Shown piece after piece: positions 8,636 to 17,287 of a stretch of DNA of 52,459 nucleotides; the stretch's first letter is position 1, and the number at the start of each line of letters is the position of its first letter. Source of the DNA: a virus. Its lineage: Duplodnaviria; Caudoviricetes. The stretch is from the IMG/VR virus record IMGVR_UViG_3300009155_004654, positions 1 through 52,459 of that record; one strand, written 5' to 3'. Position numbers and translations under genes: made by a program. Under the pieces are notes generated by a model. That model saw nothing but the letters and a program-made list of their open reading frames with translations. It did not search any database and was not told the DNA's origin.

Positions 8636-9364
8636 ATGACTTGTAGATTCTGTGGAAGCCGTGGACATAATCGTAATGGCTGCCCCGATGTTGCGGCTCA
8701 TGCTGCCAGCGGTAAGGCAAAAATGGAAGAAGGACAAGATCGCTATTCTCTTGGTTGGAAGGAGCGTTTCGCGGTTTCTATCGTAGATAACAAGGCTACC
8801 CGTTCTGCCCGCGTGTCTACTACTCCTCGCAAGTGTTCCTATTGTTCCGTAGCGGGTCATACGCGAGCAAAGTGTGAAATTCTCACGAATGACCGTGCAG
8901 CCGTTTTTACTCACGAAAAGACGTTCCGCACTAACTTTGCGAATTGGGTTCTTACGAGCGGAATTGGTGTTGGTTCCATCGTTACGAGAAAGAATTGGGA
9001 TGGGACCGAATGGTCTGTTCTTATCACGAAGGTTAACTATGATGGTATCAACATCATGAACCCTAACGGACAGAGCCCTCTTCGCGGTCAGTATCTTAAT
9101 CGACAGGGTTGGGAGAATGACGTAGCAAGCTTGAATATTGCCCCGTCGCGGTATTTTGGATTTGAAATCTCCGCTCCCGCTCCCGCTATTCCTGTCCCCG
9201 ATAGCTTCCTTAGCGACGAGGAAATTACGAAGACGGTTAGTAGGTGGTTCGATGAAAAGTCAAGCCGTCGAACGCGCTGGCATGATGTTTCTGTCGGGAT
9301 CTTCCACGAAAATCGTCCCGATCTTGTGGAATTGACGGAGAAGGCGAAGGTTTACGCAGTTTAG
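8636..9364 (+). CDS. Double CCHC zinc-knuckle early protein
   Basis: CRFCGSRGHNRNGC and CSYCSVAGHTRAKC; start 8636 by SD (8615 alternative). Confidence 0.78.
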   Translation: MTCRFCGSRGHNRNGCPDVAAHAASGKAKMEEGQDRYSLGWKERFAVSIVDNKATRSARVSTTPRKCSYCSVAGHTRAKCEILTNDRAAVFTHEKTFRTNFANWVLTSGIGVGSIVTRKNWDGTEWSVLITKVNYDGINIMNPNGQSPLRGQYLNRQGWENDVASLNIAPSRYFGFEISAPAPAIPVPDSFLSDEEITKTVSRWFDEKSSRRTRWHDVSVGIFHENRPDLVELTEKAKVYAV

Positions 9365-9428
9365 GAAACTATTTAATCCTCCTTGACTTTCGGGTCTTGG
9401 AGGATTAACTATTAGTGGGAGGCAAAAA

Positions 9429-9644
9429 ATGAAGTTTGATGTTGAAGAAGCGATTGAAGAAATCCTTGTTGAAGGTTTTAGCGAAGGAGATCTTTTGCGA
9501 GCGGTCCTTGCAGTTCTTCCAAAGAGTGAAATTGAGGAAATTCTAAATTCAGCCGAAGACCACCTTTTTGCCGAAGCAGAAGAAGAAAGCGAGGAAGATT
9601 GGGATAGCGACGAAGATGAAATTGACGAGGAAGAGGAATTCTAA
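9429..9644 (+). CDS. Small highly acidic protein
   Basis: EEESEEDWDSDEDEIDEEEEF tail; own promoter and SD GGAGG. Confidence 0.7.
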   Translation: MKFDVEEAIEEILVEGFSEGDLLRAVLAVLPKSEIEEILNSAEDHLFAEAEEESEEDWDSDEDEIDEEEEF

Positions 9645-9835
9645 TGTTCAAAGTCGGAGATCTTGTCGAGGTTAAATATAGGGAAAATAAACCTGGAATT
9701 ATAACTTCCATTTTTGAGGAGACGGACAGAAAAGATAAGTTTAAACATAAAAGAACTTTTTATGTCGTCAAACACCTTGAAAGTGAATCGACAGGAGAAT
9801 GGCTAGAAACTTCTTTACGACCCTTGAAAAGTTGA
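9644..9835 (+). CDS. Small KOW/SH3-like early protein
   Basis: MFKVGDLVEV..PGIIT..FYVVK. Confidence 0.75.
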   Translation: MFKVGDLVEVKYRENKPGIITSIFEETDRKDKFKHKRTFYVVKHLESESTGEWLETSLRPLKS

Positions 9836-9839
9836 GAAT

Positions 9840-9896
9840 ATCGCCCCTCATACTCGGCAAATTTGGAAAATAAAAGAATAAGGATGAGGGGCGATT
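9840..9896. repeat. Inverted repeat / hairpin upstream of EndoVII gene
   Basis: ATCGCCCCTCAT..ATGAGGGGCGAT 12-bp perfect stem followed by TTT. Confidence 0.65.
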
Positions 9897-9935
9897 TTCT
9901 ATTTATATAACTACTTATTCATAGGAGGAAACTTC

Positions 9936-10505
9936 ATGGAAGATCAAGTAGTTGATGAAAAGAAAACAAAAAAGAGAGAAGCAAATAAAAGATATATACA
10001 AAAGAATAAAGAAAAGTTAAACGAGAAGAAGAAACAATATCGTTTAGAAAATAAAGAAAAAATTAAACAATATTATTTAGAGAATAAAGAAAAATTAAAC
10101 GAACATATGAAACAATATCGTTTAGTGAATAAAGAAAAAATAGAAGAGTATAATAAGCAATATCGTTTAGAAAATAAAGAAAACGATAAACAATATCGTT
10201 TAAATAATAAAGAAAGATATAGAGAAAGTAAACTTAAAAGAAAGTATAACATAACCCTTGACGACTACAATAAGATGTTGTTAGAACAAGACGGCAAGTG
10301 CTGGACCTGTTCTATCAAGATTGAAGATACAAAAAAGAAATATCTTTGTGTAGATCATAATCACTTGACAGGACAGGTAAGAGGGTTATTGTGTGATCCC
10401 TGTAACGTCGCTCTTGGTCTTCTTAAAGAAAGTCAAGAGATAATCGCAAATCTTTCAAAATATTTATATGAAAAAGATCCTTGCGTCCCCGAAGAAGGGC
10501 GTTAA
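9936..10505 (+). CDS. Endonuclease VII-family homing endonuclease with N-terminal helical repeats
   Basis: Repeated KQYRLENKE units; KRKYNITLDDY..QDGKCWTC..VDHNHLTGQVRGLLCDPCN. Confidence 0.9.
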   Translation: MEDQVVDEKKTKKREANKRYIQKNKEKLNEKKKQYRLENKEKIKQYYLENKEKLNEHMKQYRLVNKEKIEEYNKQYRLENKENDKQYRLNNKERYRESKLKRKYNITLDDYNKMLLEQDGKCWTCSIKIEDTKKKYLCVDHNHLTGQVRGLLCDPCNVALGLLKESQEIIANLSKYLYEKDPCVPEEGR

Positions 10506-10524
10506 GAGAGAGGAGGAGGAAAGA

Positions 10525-10845
10525 ATGGCTACCCCTCGTCTTTGCGGAAATTGTGGTGAACCTAATCACAATAAGCGCACCTGTAAAAACCCTCCGAAGA
10601 CAAGGGAGGTCACCCCTGTTCCTGTTGCCCCTGCTATCTCCTACGCTCCTAAGAATGTTGAGCGAATTAAGCAGGTTGAAGCCCAGGAATTTGAGGGTGG
10701 CCTCCCGATAGTCGATATGGCCCCTTGCCTTCTTCGCCTAAACGGTTATACTCAAATCTGTTCGGGATCGTTCCGTATGACGGTCCCCGACGATACTACC
10801 TTTGACCAAATCTCTAACTATGTCGCTTGGAGGCGATATGTTTAA
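10525..10845 (+). CDS. CCHC zinc-knuckle early protein
   Basis: CGNCGEPNHNKRTC; start moved to 10525 after SD GGAGG and promoter 10481. Confidence 0.75.
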   Translation: MATPRLCGNCGEPNHNKRTCKNPPKTREVTPVPVAPAISYAPKNVERIKQVEAQEFEGGLPIVDMAPCLLRLNGYTQICSGSFRMTVPDDTTFDQISNYVAWRRYV

Positions 10846-11008
10846 AATCGCTGATATCGTTCAGTTTACCGCATTTGGACAAAGTGACAATTTTGGAATT
10901 GTCGAAGAAGTATCTAAAAATGATAGAATTATTACGGTGAAATGGTTTAATAAGGGATTTTCTAACAAATATCGTTCATGTGACCTCACACTTATTAAGA
11001 GGGTATAA
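10838..11008 (+). CDS. Small KOW/SH3-like early protein
   Basis: MFKIADIV..FGIVE..VKWFN. Confidence 0.72.
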   Translation: MFKIADIVQFTAFGQSDNFGIVEEVSKNDRIITVKWFNKGFSNKYRSCDLTLIKRV

Positions 11009-11170
11009 ATGATTAAAATCGGTGATCTCGTCCGTCACAAGTATAACATTCAACCCGATGTTTTTGGTATCGTTATCGGTATTGACGGTCACCTTTATAG
11101 AGTTAAGTGGTTTGACGGAGTAGATTCAAAGGAATATCTTCACAACGTCCTTGAGGTTCAAAGTGGCTAA
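11009..11170 (+). CDS. Small KOW/SH3-like early protein (53 aa, not in ORF track)
   Basis: MIKIGDLVRHKYNIQPDVFGIVIGIDGHLYRVKWFDG.. Confidence 0.78.
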   Translation: MIKIGDLVRHKYNIQPDVFGIVIGIDGHLYRVKWFDGVDSKEYLHNVLEVQSG

Positions 11171-11411
11171 ACTCCCCGATTATATCGACAAAACCGATAA
11201 GAAAGCGGTAGCAGAATATTTTATAAAGCAACGCGAAATGGCCGAATATGAGAAATATTATCTTGAAGCAATAAATACCCTTGAAAAGCCATATCTTGAC
11301 CTTTATGGAGATTTCAACCGTTATAATACTGAAATTGGGGATCATCTTATCTCGCAAGGCTGGAAGGTTGAGAATATAGCCCTTTTAACCTACCGAATTT
11401 GGAAACCTTGA
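11163..11411 (+). CDS. Hypothetical protein
   Basis: GTG start after GAGG. Confidence 0.55.
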   Translation: MAKLPDYIDKTDKKAVAEYFIKQREMAEYEKYYLEAINTLEKPYLDLYGDFNRYNTEIGDHLISQGWKVENIALLTYRIWKP

Positions 11412-11467
11412 AAGAACCCTTGACGCTTTAGAACAACAGGTTAAGTAGAAACCCCCAAGGAGCACAA

Positions 11468-11623
11468 ATGGACGAACTTTTCATGGAAATTCTAAACCCT
11501 CAGCCCGATCCTGTTTCTGCTGATTGCCTCTTGACGACGGAGGAAGCAGATAGTATGATGAAGGAGGAGGACGTTATGTTAATCTTCGCAGCTTCTATCT
11601 ACCCTCATATTTTATGGAATTGA
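11468..11623 (+). CDS. Small acidic protein (51 aa, not in ORF track)
   Basis: Promoter 11420, SD AAGGAG, MDELFMEILNPQPD.. Confidence 0.55.
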   Translation: MDELFMEILNPQPDPVSADCLLTTEEADSMMKEEDVMLIFAASIYPHILWN

Positions 11624-11691
11624 AAACTTCATTATTTCAATCTATTCGGCAATTCTTCTAATTCATTCAAATAACTTTCTTTGGAGGTCAA

Positions 11692-11826
11692 ATGTCGGCA
11701 ATCGAACGGTATTATTCTACTCTCTCCCCCGCTGGTCCCTATTGCGCTGAGGACGAGGAAGATGGGGGCACGCTTAGCGACGAAGAGATCGCTGCGCTCT
11801 ACGAAATCGCTATGCAGGACTTCTAA
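11692..11826 (+). CDS. Small acidic protein (44 aa, not in ORF track)
   Basis: SD GGAGG; MSAIERYY..EDEEDGGTLSDEEIAALYEIAMQDF. Confidence 0.6.
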   Translation: MSAIERYYSTLSPAGPYCAEDEEDGGTLSDEEIAALYEIAMQDF

Positions 11827-11925
11827 AATGAAGCTGGCACCTAGCTCAACTGGTCCTCCGTCTTTTTCTTTGGATGGACCTTGCACCCTTTCAGCAACCC
11901 GTTAAGAGGATGAAGAGGAGGAAAG

Positions 11926-12180
11926 ATGAAGGTTTACGAGGTTTCGTGGGGAATTCGATACGAGGGATCGAGCGTTGTTGCGATCTACGCTACTGCTGAC
12001 CGCGCTATGATTGGTGCTTGGGAGGAAGCAGAAAGGCTGAATAAGATCTACGAGTCCACAAGCGGAAATCCTTCCAAAGAGACGGAGTGGACAGTTTCTA
12101 CCGAAAAAAAGTGTCTTTTTTACATCGCTAATGATCTTGACGATTATATCTTCGTCAAAGAACGCGAGGTAATCGAATAA
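11926..12180 (+). CDS. Hypothetical early protein
   Basis: Own promoter 11881 and SD GAGGAGG. Confidence 0.7.
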   Translation: MKVYEVSWGIRYEGSSVVAIYATADRAMIGAWEEAERLNKIYESTSGNPSKETEWTVSTEKKCLFYIANDLDDYIFVKEREVIE

Positions 12181-12236
12181 AAGTTCCTTGACGATCCCCC
12201 TAAACCCGTTAAGAGGATGAAGAGGAGAAAAGAGAA

Positions 12237-12701
12237 ATGAACTTCAAAATCGGTGATATCGTCGTTTCTCGCATGATCGGAGCGACGGGAATTGTGAGCG
12301 AAATCGAAAATCGTCCTTTCGACAACGATCCCGAAAAGATGCCAAGGTATTTCTACACCGTCAAGTGGTTTAATTATGATGTTGAATATACCCGTAATCT
12401 TGACGGACAATCTCTTAAACCTTTTGAAACGGAAAAGCCTGTGAATAATCCTACGAAAAAGATGTGGACGCGCCAGCAGATTGAGGCTATGCTTGAACAG
12501 GACGCAGCGGTCAATCAAGCCGTTGTCTCCCTCGCGAGGAACGTTGACCTTCTTCCCGAAAAGACCCGTTCCTACGTGATTAATTGGGGAAATTGGGTAG
12601 CAAGCGGCAAGTCCCTTAGCGGCAAGCACCTTGTAAACGCCCGTCGAACCTGTATTTTCAACTCCAAGACCCTTACCGCAATCGCAAATAAGGAGGTTTG
12701 A
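12237..12701 (+). CDS. KOW/SH3-like domain fused to helical domain
   Basis: MNFKIGDIV..YTVKWFN followed by a WTRQQIE..LSGKHL domain. Confidence 0.7.
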   Translation: MNFKIGDIVVSRMIGATGIVSEIENRPFDNDPEKMPRYFYTVKWFNYDVEYTRNLDGQSLKPFETEKPVNNPTKKMWTRQQIEAMLEQDAAVNQAVVSLARNVDLLPEKTRSYVINWGNWVASGKSLSGKHLVNARRTCIFNSKTLTAIANKEV

Positions 12702-12832
12702 TGTATACCGAAGAGCAGAAGAAGAAGGATATTGAATTTGTGGATAAGTTCACGGTTGTCCTTAGCGTTTTTGCTGGTTCCTACATGGTCTTCTACTTTA
12801 TCCCTATGGTTATCAGCAAGCTTTTCTTCTAA
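12701..12832 (+). CDS. Small membrane protein (43 aa, not in ORF track)
   Basis: SD AAGGAGG; MYTEEQKKKDIEFVDKFTVVLSVFAGSYMVFYFIPMVISKLFF. Confidence 0.6.
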   Translation: MYTEEQKKKDIEFVDKFTVVLSVFAGSYMVFYFIPMVISKLFF

Positions 12833-12888
12833 AAGTTCCTTGACCATCTACGAGAAACGGTTAATCTCTAAAACGAAGGAGAAAGAAA

Positions 12889-13071
12889 ATGACGGTCGCT
12901 CAGCTTCGTGCGCTTCTTGCTAATCTTCCCGATGATATGCGGATCGCTCTTTCCTACGAGGGATCGGTAGCGACGTTTATGTCTGGAGATATCTGCTTTG
13001 AAGATGATAAGGGCAGCGAGATCAACGAGAGCGAGGCTACGTCAAGCGATTTTCTCGTTTTTGTTGAATAA
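12889..13071 (+). CDS. Small phage protein (MTVxxLxxxL family)
   Basis: MTVAQLRALLANLPDDMRI, a common phage N-terminus; own promoter. Confidence 0.7.
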   Translation: MTVAQLRALLANLPDDMRIALSYEGSVATFMSGDICFEDDKGSEINESEATSSDFLVFVE

Positions 13072-13366
13072 AAGAAAGAGGAAAGAAAATGGTTGACGGT
13101 CTACGAGGTAATGGTTAGTTGAAAAGGGCTGGAGAGAAAACCAGCGAGAACGAAAAAAGAAAAAAGACCCTTGACGAAGTTTGAGGGTCGGTTAAGGAGA
13201 GAAGGTCAACGCGAGGAAAGAAAGCTCCTCGCCACATAAAAGAGGTCAAGGCGGAAAGTTGAAAAAAACTTCCTTGACGCTCCTCCCAAAGCGGTTAAGA
13301 AGAAAGGGCTGGAGGGAAATGGTTCCCGAAGGCTCGCTGATAAACTCCCGACTACGGACGTTCAAA

Positions 13367-13768
13367 ATGGCTCGCAAGAACACCCCCGCTACCTACGCTT
13401 GTGGCAACTGCGGTACTCACGGTCACAACAAGCGCACCTGCCCCGAACTTGGCCTTGTCGCGAAGGTCAAGCCTGTCAAGAAGCCCCGTGCGAAGAAGGT
13501 TGTTGAGGAGACGCCCGCTATCGCTCCTCTCGCGACTGAGGAGCAGCTTGAGGCTCTCCGCGCTCTTGCTGAGGAGATCGCCGCTGAGGTTGAGACGGCG
13601 TGCGAAGAGGAGAGCGAGCGTGAGCCTACCGACGAGGAGCTTACGGAGATTGAGGCTGGCGAGGTTGACGCGGCGTTTGAGGCTGAGATTCCCGCTGGTG
13701 AGGTGGTTGAGGTCAGCGACGAGGAAGAGGCCGCGTTCATGAACGAGTTTGCCGCGCTCTTCGCCTAA
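13367..13768 (+). CDS. CCHC zinc-knuckle protein with basic linker and acidic tail
   Basis: Start moved to 13367; CGNCGTHGHNKRTC, KVKPVKKPRAKK, then Glu-rich tail ending FMNEFAALFA; strongly biased codons. Confidence 0.8.
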   Translation: MARKNTPATYACGNCGTHGHNKRTCPELGLVAKVKPVKKPRAKKVVEETPAIAPLATEEQLEALRALAEEIAAEVETACEEESEREPTDEELTEIEAGEVDAAFEAEIPAGEVVEVSDEEEAAFMNEFAALFA

Positions 13769-13785
13769 AAGCTGAGGGAGATTAA

Positions 13786-13827
13786 GAGGTTGGAGGCTCA
13801 AAAGGCTTCCAGCCTCTTTCTCTTTTA
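13786..13827 (+). terminator. Probable terminator
   Basis: GAGGTTGGAGGC..GCTTCCAGCCTC stem followed by TTTCTCTTTT. Confidence 0.6.
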
Positions 13828-13973
13828 TGCGGGGGGAAGAAATCCAGGTTCTTCCTCCTCTTTGAGAAATCTTCAAAAGCTCCTTGACGGTCTTTGAGGA
13901 GCGGTTAAGTAGAAAGGGCTGGAGGGGAATGGTCCTCGCCAGCAAACGTCCTTCTTCAAAAAGGGTATTTCAA

Positions 13974-14210
13974 ATGGCTTTCAACGCCGACGAGCTTGCT
14001 GCTCACATCTTTTCCGACGAAAACCCCGTAAACATCGTGGGGCGTTATCGTCTTGCTATGAAGAGCCTTCTTATTGACGCGAGGACGCTTAGCCCCGAAA
14101 ATGTTGAGCTTCAAGCTATCGTTTTTGAACGTCTCCGCGCTGCGCTTGATAGCGAGGAATACAAGGCGTATGAGAAGGCTTTGCTTGCCTCTTGGGCGAA
14201 CAAGGGCTAG
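13974..14210 (+). CDS. Hypothetical early protein
   Basis: Start moved to 13974 (MAFNAD); own promoter 13884. Confidence 0.7.
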   Translation: MAFNADELAAHIFSDENPVNIVGRYRLAMKSLLIDARTLSPENVELQAIVFERLRAALDSEEYKAYEKALLASWANKG

Positions 14211-14443
14211 GCATTAAGAGGTTCAAGGAAATCTTCAAAAGACCCTTGCGCCTCTTGATGGAGCGGTTAAGTAGAAAGGGTGAGGGTCGGAACCCCTCCA
14301 GCTTCCCGAAAACGAGGCAGGGACGAGAAAGAAGAAACTTTCAAGAAAGTCCTTGCCGCTTCTCCAAGACCCGTTAATAGAAAGGGGCTGAGGGAATCCT
14401 CCCGACGCTTCTTCAACAACCAGCAATCAAGGTAATCCACCAA

Positions 14444-15529
14444 ATGGCTATCGATTTCAAGACCTTCCTTTCGGTCGCTCCCTACGTCCTCAACGTCCGC
14501 AAGCCTGTCCTTATTCGTGGTCGCCACGGTATCGGCAAGAGCGAGGTTGTCTACCAAATCGCCCGCGAGCTTGGCCTTCCTGTGGTTGAACGCCGCGTTT
14601 CGCAGATGACTGAGGGTGACCTTCTTGGTATGCCTTCCGCTATCGGCACTGAGATCGGCGGCAAGCGTGCGACGACTTGGGACGCTCCCGATTGGCTCCT
14701 CACCGCTTGTGCTCAGCCTGTCGTGATGTTCCTTGACGAAGTGGACCGCGGAACTACTGAGGTTCGACAGGGCATCTTCGAGCTTACCGACTCCCGCAAG
14801 ATCGCTGGCGTTACGCTCCACCCCGATACGCTGATTATCGCTGCTGTGAACGGTGGAAATCACGGGTCGCAATACCAAGTTGGCGAGATGGACCCTGCTG
14901 AGCTTGACCGCTGGACTGCTTTTGACCTTGAGCCTACCGTCGAAGATTGGCTTACTTGGGCGAAGGACAATACTCACGGGCTTGTTTGGGACTTTATCAA
15001 CCAAAACCGCAAGGATCTTGAGCACAACGGGGATTTTGAGCCCAACAAGAAGTACCCGTCCCGACGCTCTTGGAAGCGGCTGAATGACTGTCTCGTCGCT
15101 GGCAAGCTCACGACGGACGCTGCTAAGAAGGCTGGCATCATCTACAACCTCGCTTGCGGATTTGTCGGCTTTGAAGCTGCGGTTAAGCTGAAGGCTCACG
15201 TTGAGAACTACAAGGAGCAGGTTACCGTCGAAGATATCCTTGACGACGGAAAGGTGAGCAAGACCAAGGACTTCGCTATCACCGACCACGCTGCCCTTGC
15301 GGAGAAGATCACTCAGTCGGGTCGTCTCAACGAGGCTCTTACGACGGTCGCTCTCAAGAACCTTGCTTCTTATTGGCTTACTCTGCCCTCTGAGGTTGCC
15401 ATGAAGCTCTACACCGATATCGGTCGCAGCTTCGTCAAGAACGCCGTTGCCCTGCACGCTACGGAGGTCAACGGAGTCAAGGTTGGTGAGCAGCTTGCTA
15501 AGGTGCTTGGTGCTGGTCGCTCTAAGTAG
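14444..15529 (+). CDS. MoxR-family AAA+ ATPase
   Basis: Walker A GRHGIGKS, Walker B MFLDEVDR, AAVN sensor, MDPAELDR Arg finger, PSRRSW. Confidence 0.92.
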   Translation: MAIDFKTFLSVAPYVLNVRKPVLIRGRHGIGKSEVVYQIARELGLPVVERRVSQMTEGDLLGMPSAIGTEIGGKRATTWDAPDWLLTACAQPVVMFLDEVDRGTTEVRQGIFELTDSRKIAGVTLHPDTLIIAAVNGGNHGSQYQVGEMDPAELDRWTAFDLEPTVEDWLTWAKDNTHGLVWDFINQNRKDLEHNGDFEPNKKYPSRRSWKRLNDCLVAGKLTTDAAKKAGIIYNLACGFVGFEAAVKLKAHVENYKEQVTVEDILDDGKVSKTKDFAITDHAALAEKITQSGRLNEALTTVALKNLASYWLTLPSEVAMKLYTDIGRSFVKNAVALHATEVNGVKVGEQLAKVLGAGRSK

Positions 15530-15545
15530 TCAGTAAGGCAGCATA

Positions 15546-15588
15546 AACCCTCGCTTTTCCTTCGGGAGAGGCGGGGGTTTTCTGCTTT
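15546..15588 (+). terminator. Rho-independent terminator (cUUCGg loop)
   Basis: AAACCCTCGCTTTTCC-TTCG-GGAGAGGCGGGGGTTT then T run. Confidence 0.85.
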
Positions 15589-15721
15589 TAATCCGCAAAT
15601 TTCAAGGGCATTTCAGTTCTTGAAATCCGAAAGCTGAAAGCCAGGAGGAGGGGCGACGAAGCCAGGACGATGCCCCTTCCCGAAGGTGAGGGACGGTCCC
15701 GAAGATGCCCCTAGCCCGCAA

Positions 15722-15798
15722 TAGGAAGCGATATGGGACGCGAGGAGGGGCAGGGGTAGGGTGAGGGTAGGGGTCGCAGGGAGGGTCGCCCATATCGC
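15722..15798. repeat. G-rich-loop hairpin element, copy 1
   Basis: Stem GCGATATGGG/CCCATATCGC enclosing GGAGGGGCAGGGGTAGGGTGAGGGTAG. Confidence 0.75.
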
Positions 15799-16009
15799 AA
15801 TAGGTTTAGCAAGTAGTTTTGGACCTCCGCGCAACCTCTTTTGAAAGAAAAAGTTGAAATAAAGTCCTTGACAAAATAAATATTCTTTTTGCTCTTGACT
15901 TTTAGAAGATCCAAAGTGGCGTTACTTGTTCGCAGGTAACGCAAGATCGGAACATCCAGCCCCTAAGCCTACTCCACGGGTCACCCTCAAAGACCTCCGC
16001 TAAGGGCTC

Positions 16010-16086
16010 TAGGAACGCTTATGGGAGCGATGGAGGGTAAGGGGTAGGGTAAGGTAGCCCCCCACGGTCCACGAGGCTCATAAGCG
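16010..16086. repeat. G-rich-loop hairpin element, copy 2
   Basis: Stem CGCTTATGGG/CTCATAAGCG enclosing GGAGGGTAAGGGGTAGGGTAAGGTAG; compensatory changes versus copy 1. Confidence 0.75.
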
Positions 16087-16207
16087 AAATGGGAGCGTCG
16101 AGAACTTTTGGGGAGTCGTCAAGGGCAAAGAAGAAGAAAGTTGAAGAAAGTTTCTCCTTGACGATGGAGGTGGACCCGTTAAGAGAAGAACGAAGGAGAA
16201 AGAAGAA

Positions 16208-16384
16208 ATGAACAAGCTCGTCATGATCTATCTGATCGCGGTTTCTCACCTTTCCAACATCGTGCCCCTTGCCATTCCCGAAGGCGAGGTTATTGGAGGT
16301 GGGGCTGAGATCGAAGCGGTTTACGTTCCTGCTGGCTACGCTGGTCCTATCGTCGCAGCCCCTTTCAGCGAAAAGGTTTTCTAA
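16208..16384 (+). CDS. Small hydrophobic protein (58 aa, not in ORF track)
   Basis: Promoter 16158, SD AAGGAG; MNKLVMIYLIAVSHLS.. Confidence 0.6.
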   Translation: MNKLVMIYLIAVSHLSNIVPLAIPEGEVIGGGAEIEAVYVPAGYAGPIVAAPFSEKVF

Positions 16385-16435
16385 AAGACCTTGACGCTTC
16401 TCCTAAACGCATTAAGAGGTTCAAGAGGAGGGAAG

Positions 16436-16630
16436 ATGAAGGTTTCGTTCAACGTCCTGTATGCCCAAATTGAGGCAAAGAGGAAGGCTGACCCGCGTTC
16501 CAGCCCTAGCCGCGATAATCATTCCTTCAAGGACATTCTTGCCTTGATGAAGGAGATCGAAAAGGATATCGAAAGCGCGGGCTGGAGCGTTCCCGAATAC
16601 TACGATCAAGTCAAGACCATGCCTCTCTGA
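16436..16630 (+). CDS. Hypothetical early protein
   Basis: Start moved to 16436; promoter 16391, SD GAGGAGG. Confidence 0.68.
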   Translation: MKVSFNVLYAQIEAKRKADPRSSPSRDNHSFKDILALMKEIEKDIESAGWSVPEYYDQVKTMPL

Positions 16631-16693
16631 AAAAAGAGAGGGGGGGCCTTGCGCTTATACACCAACCCGTTAAGAGAAGAAGACGGAGGCAAG

Positions 16694-17287
16694 ATGGAAG
16701 CGGTAGAGAGGATCGCAGCAATCAAGGCTAACCCTGCCTTTGAGGGTCTTTCGCAGAGTCACAAGGATTTCGTTGATTCTGTCGAAAAGTGGGTTAAAAC
16801 GCGCCCTCTTTCGATGGGTCAAGAGGCATGGATCGAGCGGATCGAAAAAGTTCTCAAACCTGTTGACAATAGCTGGTTTGACCTTAACGACGAGGAATTC
16901 CAGAAGAAGCGTGCTTATGCGATCCAGCACTACAAGGCAACGGGCTACTACCTTCATCAAGTTTCCCGTATGGAAGCCGATCCTGCCTACATGCCCGAAA
17001 AAGAACTTTGGGATAGAATGTGGGGAAACAAGTATATCAACGCCGCTTTTAAGCGATGGACGGCTGGAGCCCGTTTCAAGATCGGTGATATGGTAGTCAA
17101 CAAATATTATCCTAGTTACTACGGAAAGATCGCGGTTATTGAAAATGTTGTTTGGAATAGTTCGGGCTGGACATATGGCGCACTTCCGCTTAATCCCGGT
17201 GAACATTATATTAATCAAAAGATGCAGCAGATTGACGAAAAGCACTTTCTACCTGCTTCTAATCGCAATCTCAAAAACCGCATCTAA
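16694..17287 (+). CDS. Early protein with C-terminal KOW/SH3-like domain
   Basis: Start moved to 16694; internal RFKIGDMVV motif. Confidence 0.72.
   Translation: MEAVERIAAIKANPAFEGLSQSHKDFVDSVEKWVKTRPLSMGQEAWIERIEKVLKPVDNSWFDLNDEEFQKKRAYAIQHYKATGYYLHQVSRMEADPAYMPEKELWDRMWGNKYINAAFKRWTAGARFKIGDMVVNKYYPSYYGKIAVIENVVWNSSGWTYGALPLNPGEHYINQKMQQIDEKHFLPASNRNLKNRI

Noticed and set aside
11681-11905. 74-aa ORF from track
   Set aside because: The overlapping frame 11692-11826 has the SD and a coherent acidic product
13352-13945. Overlapping alternative-frame and antisense ORFs around the zinc-knuckle gene
   Set aside because: Products of biased codon usage; only the 13367 frame has a motif and promoter
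14267-15457. 396-aa minus-strand ORF
   Set aside because: Antisense shadow of the GC-rich MoxR gene; no motifs or translation signals
15630-15670. Possible hammerhead ribozyme (CTGA..CGAA)
   Set aside because: Core CUGANGA and GAAA with properly placed stems are not present
15602-16249. Pro-rich minus-strand ORFs
   Set aside because: Translation of the G-tract hairpin repeats; compensatory changes point to nucleic-acid structure, not protein
13259-16693. ORF-track TTG starts at 13259, 13884, 16391 and 16649
   Set aside because: These TTG codons lie at or upstream of promoter -35 boxes; real starts are downstream
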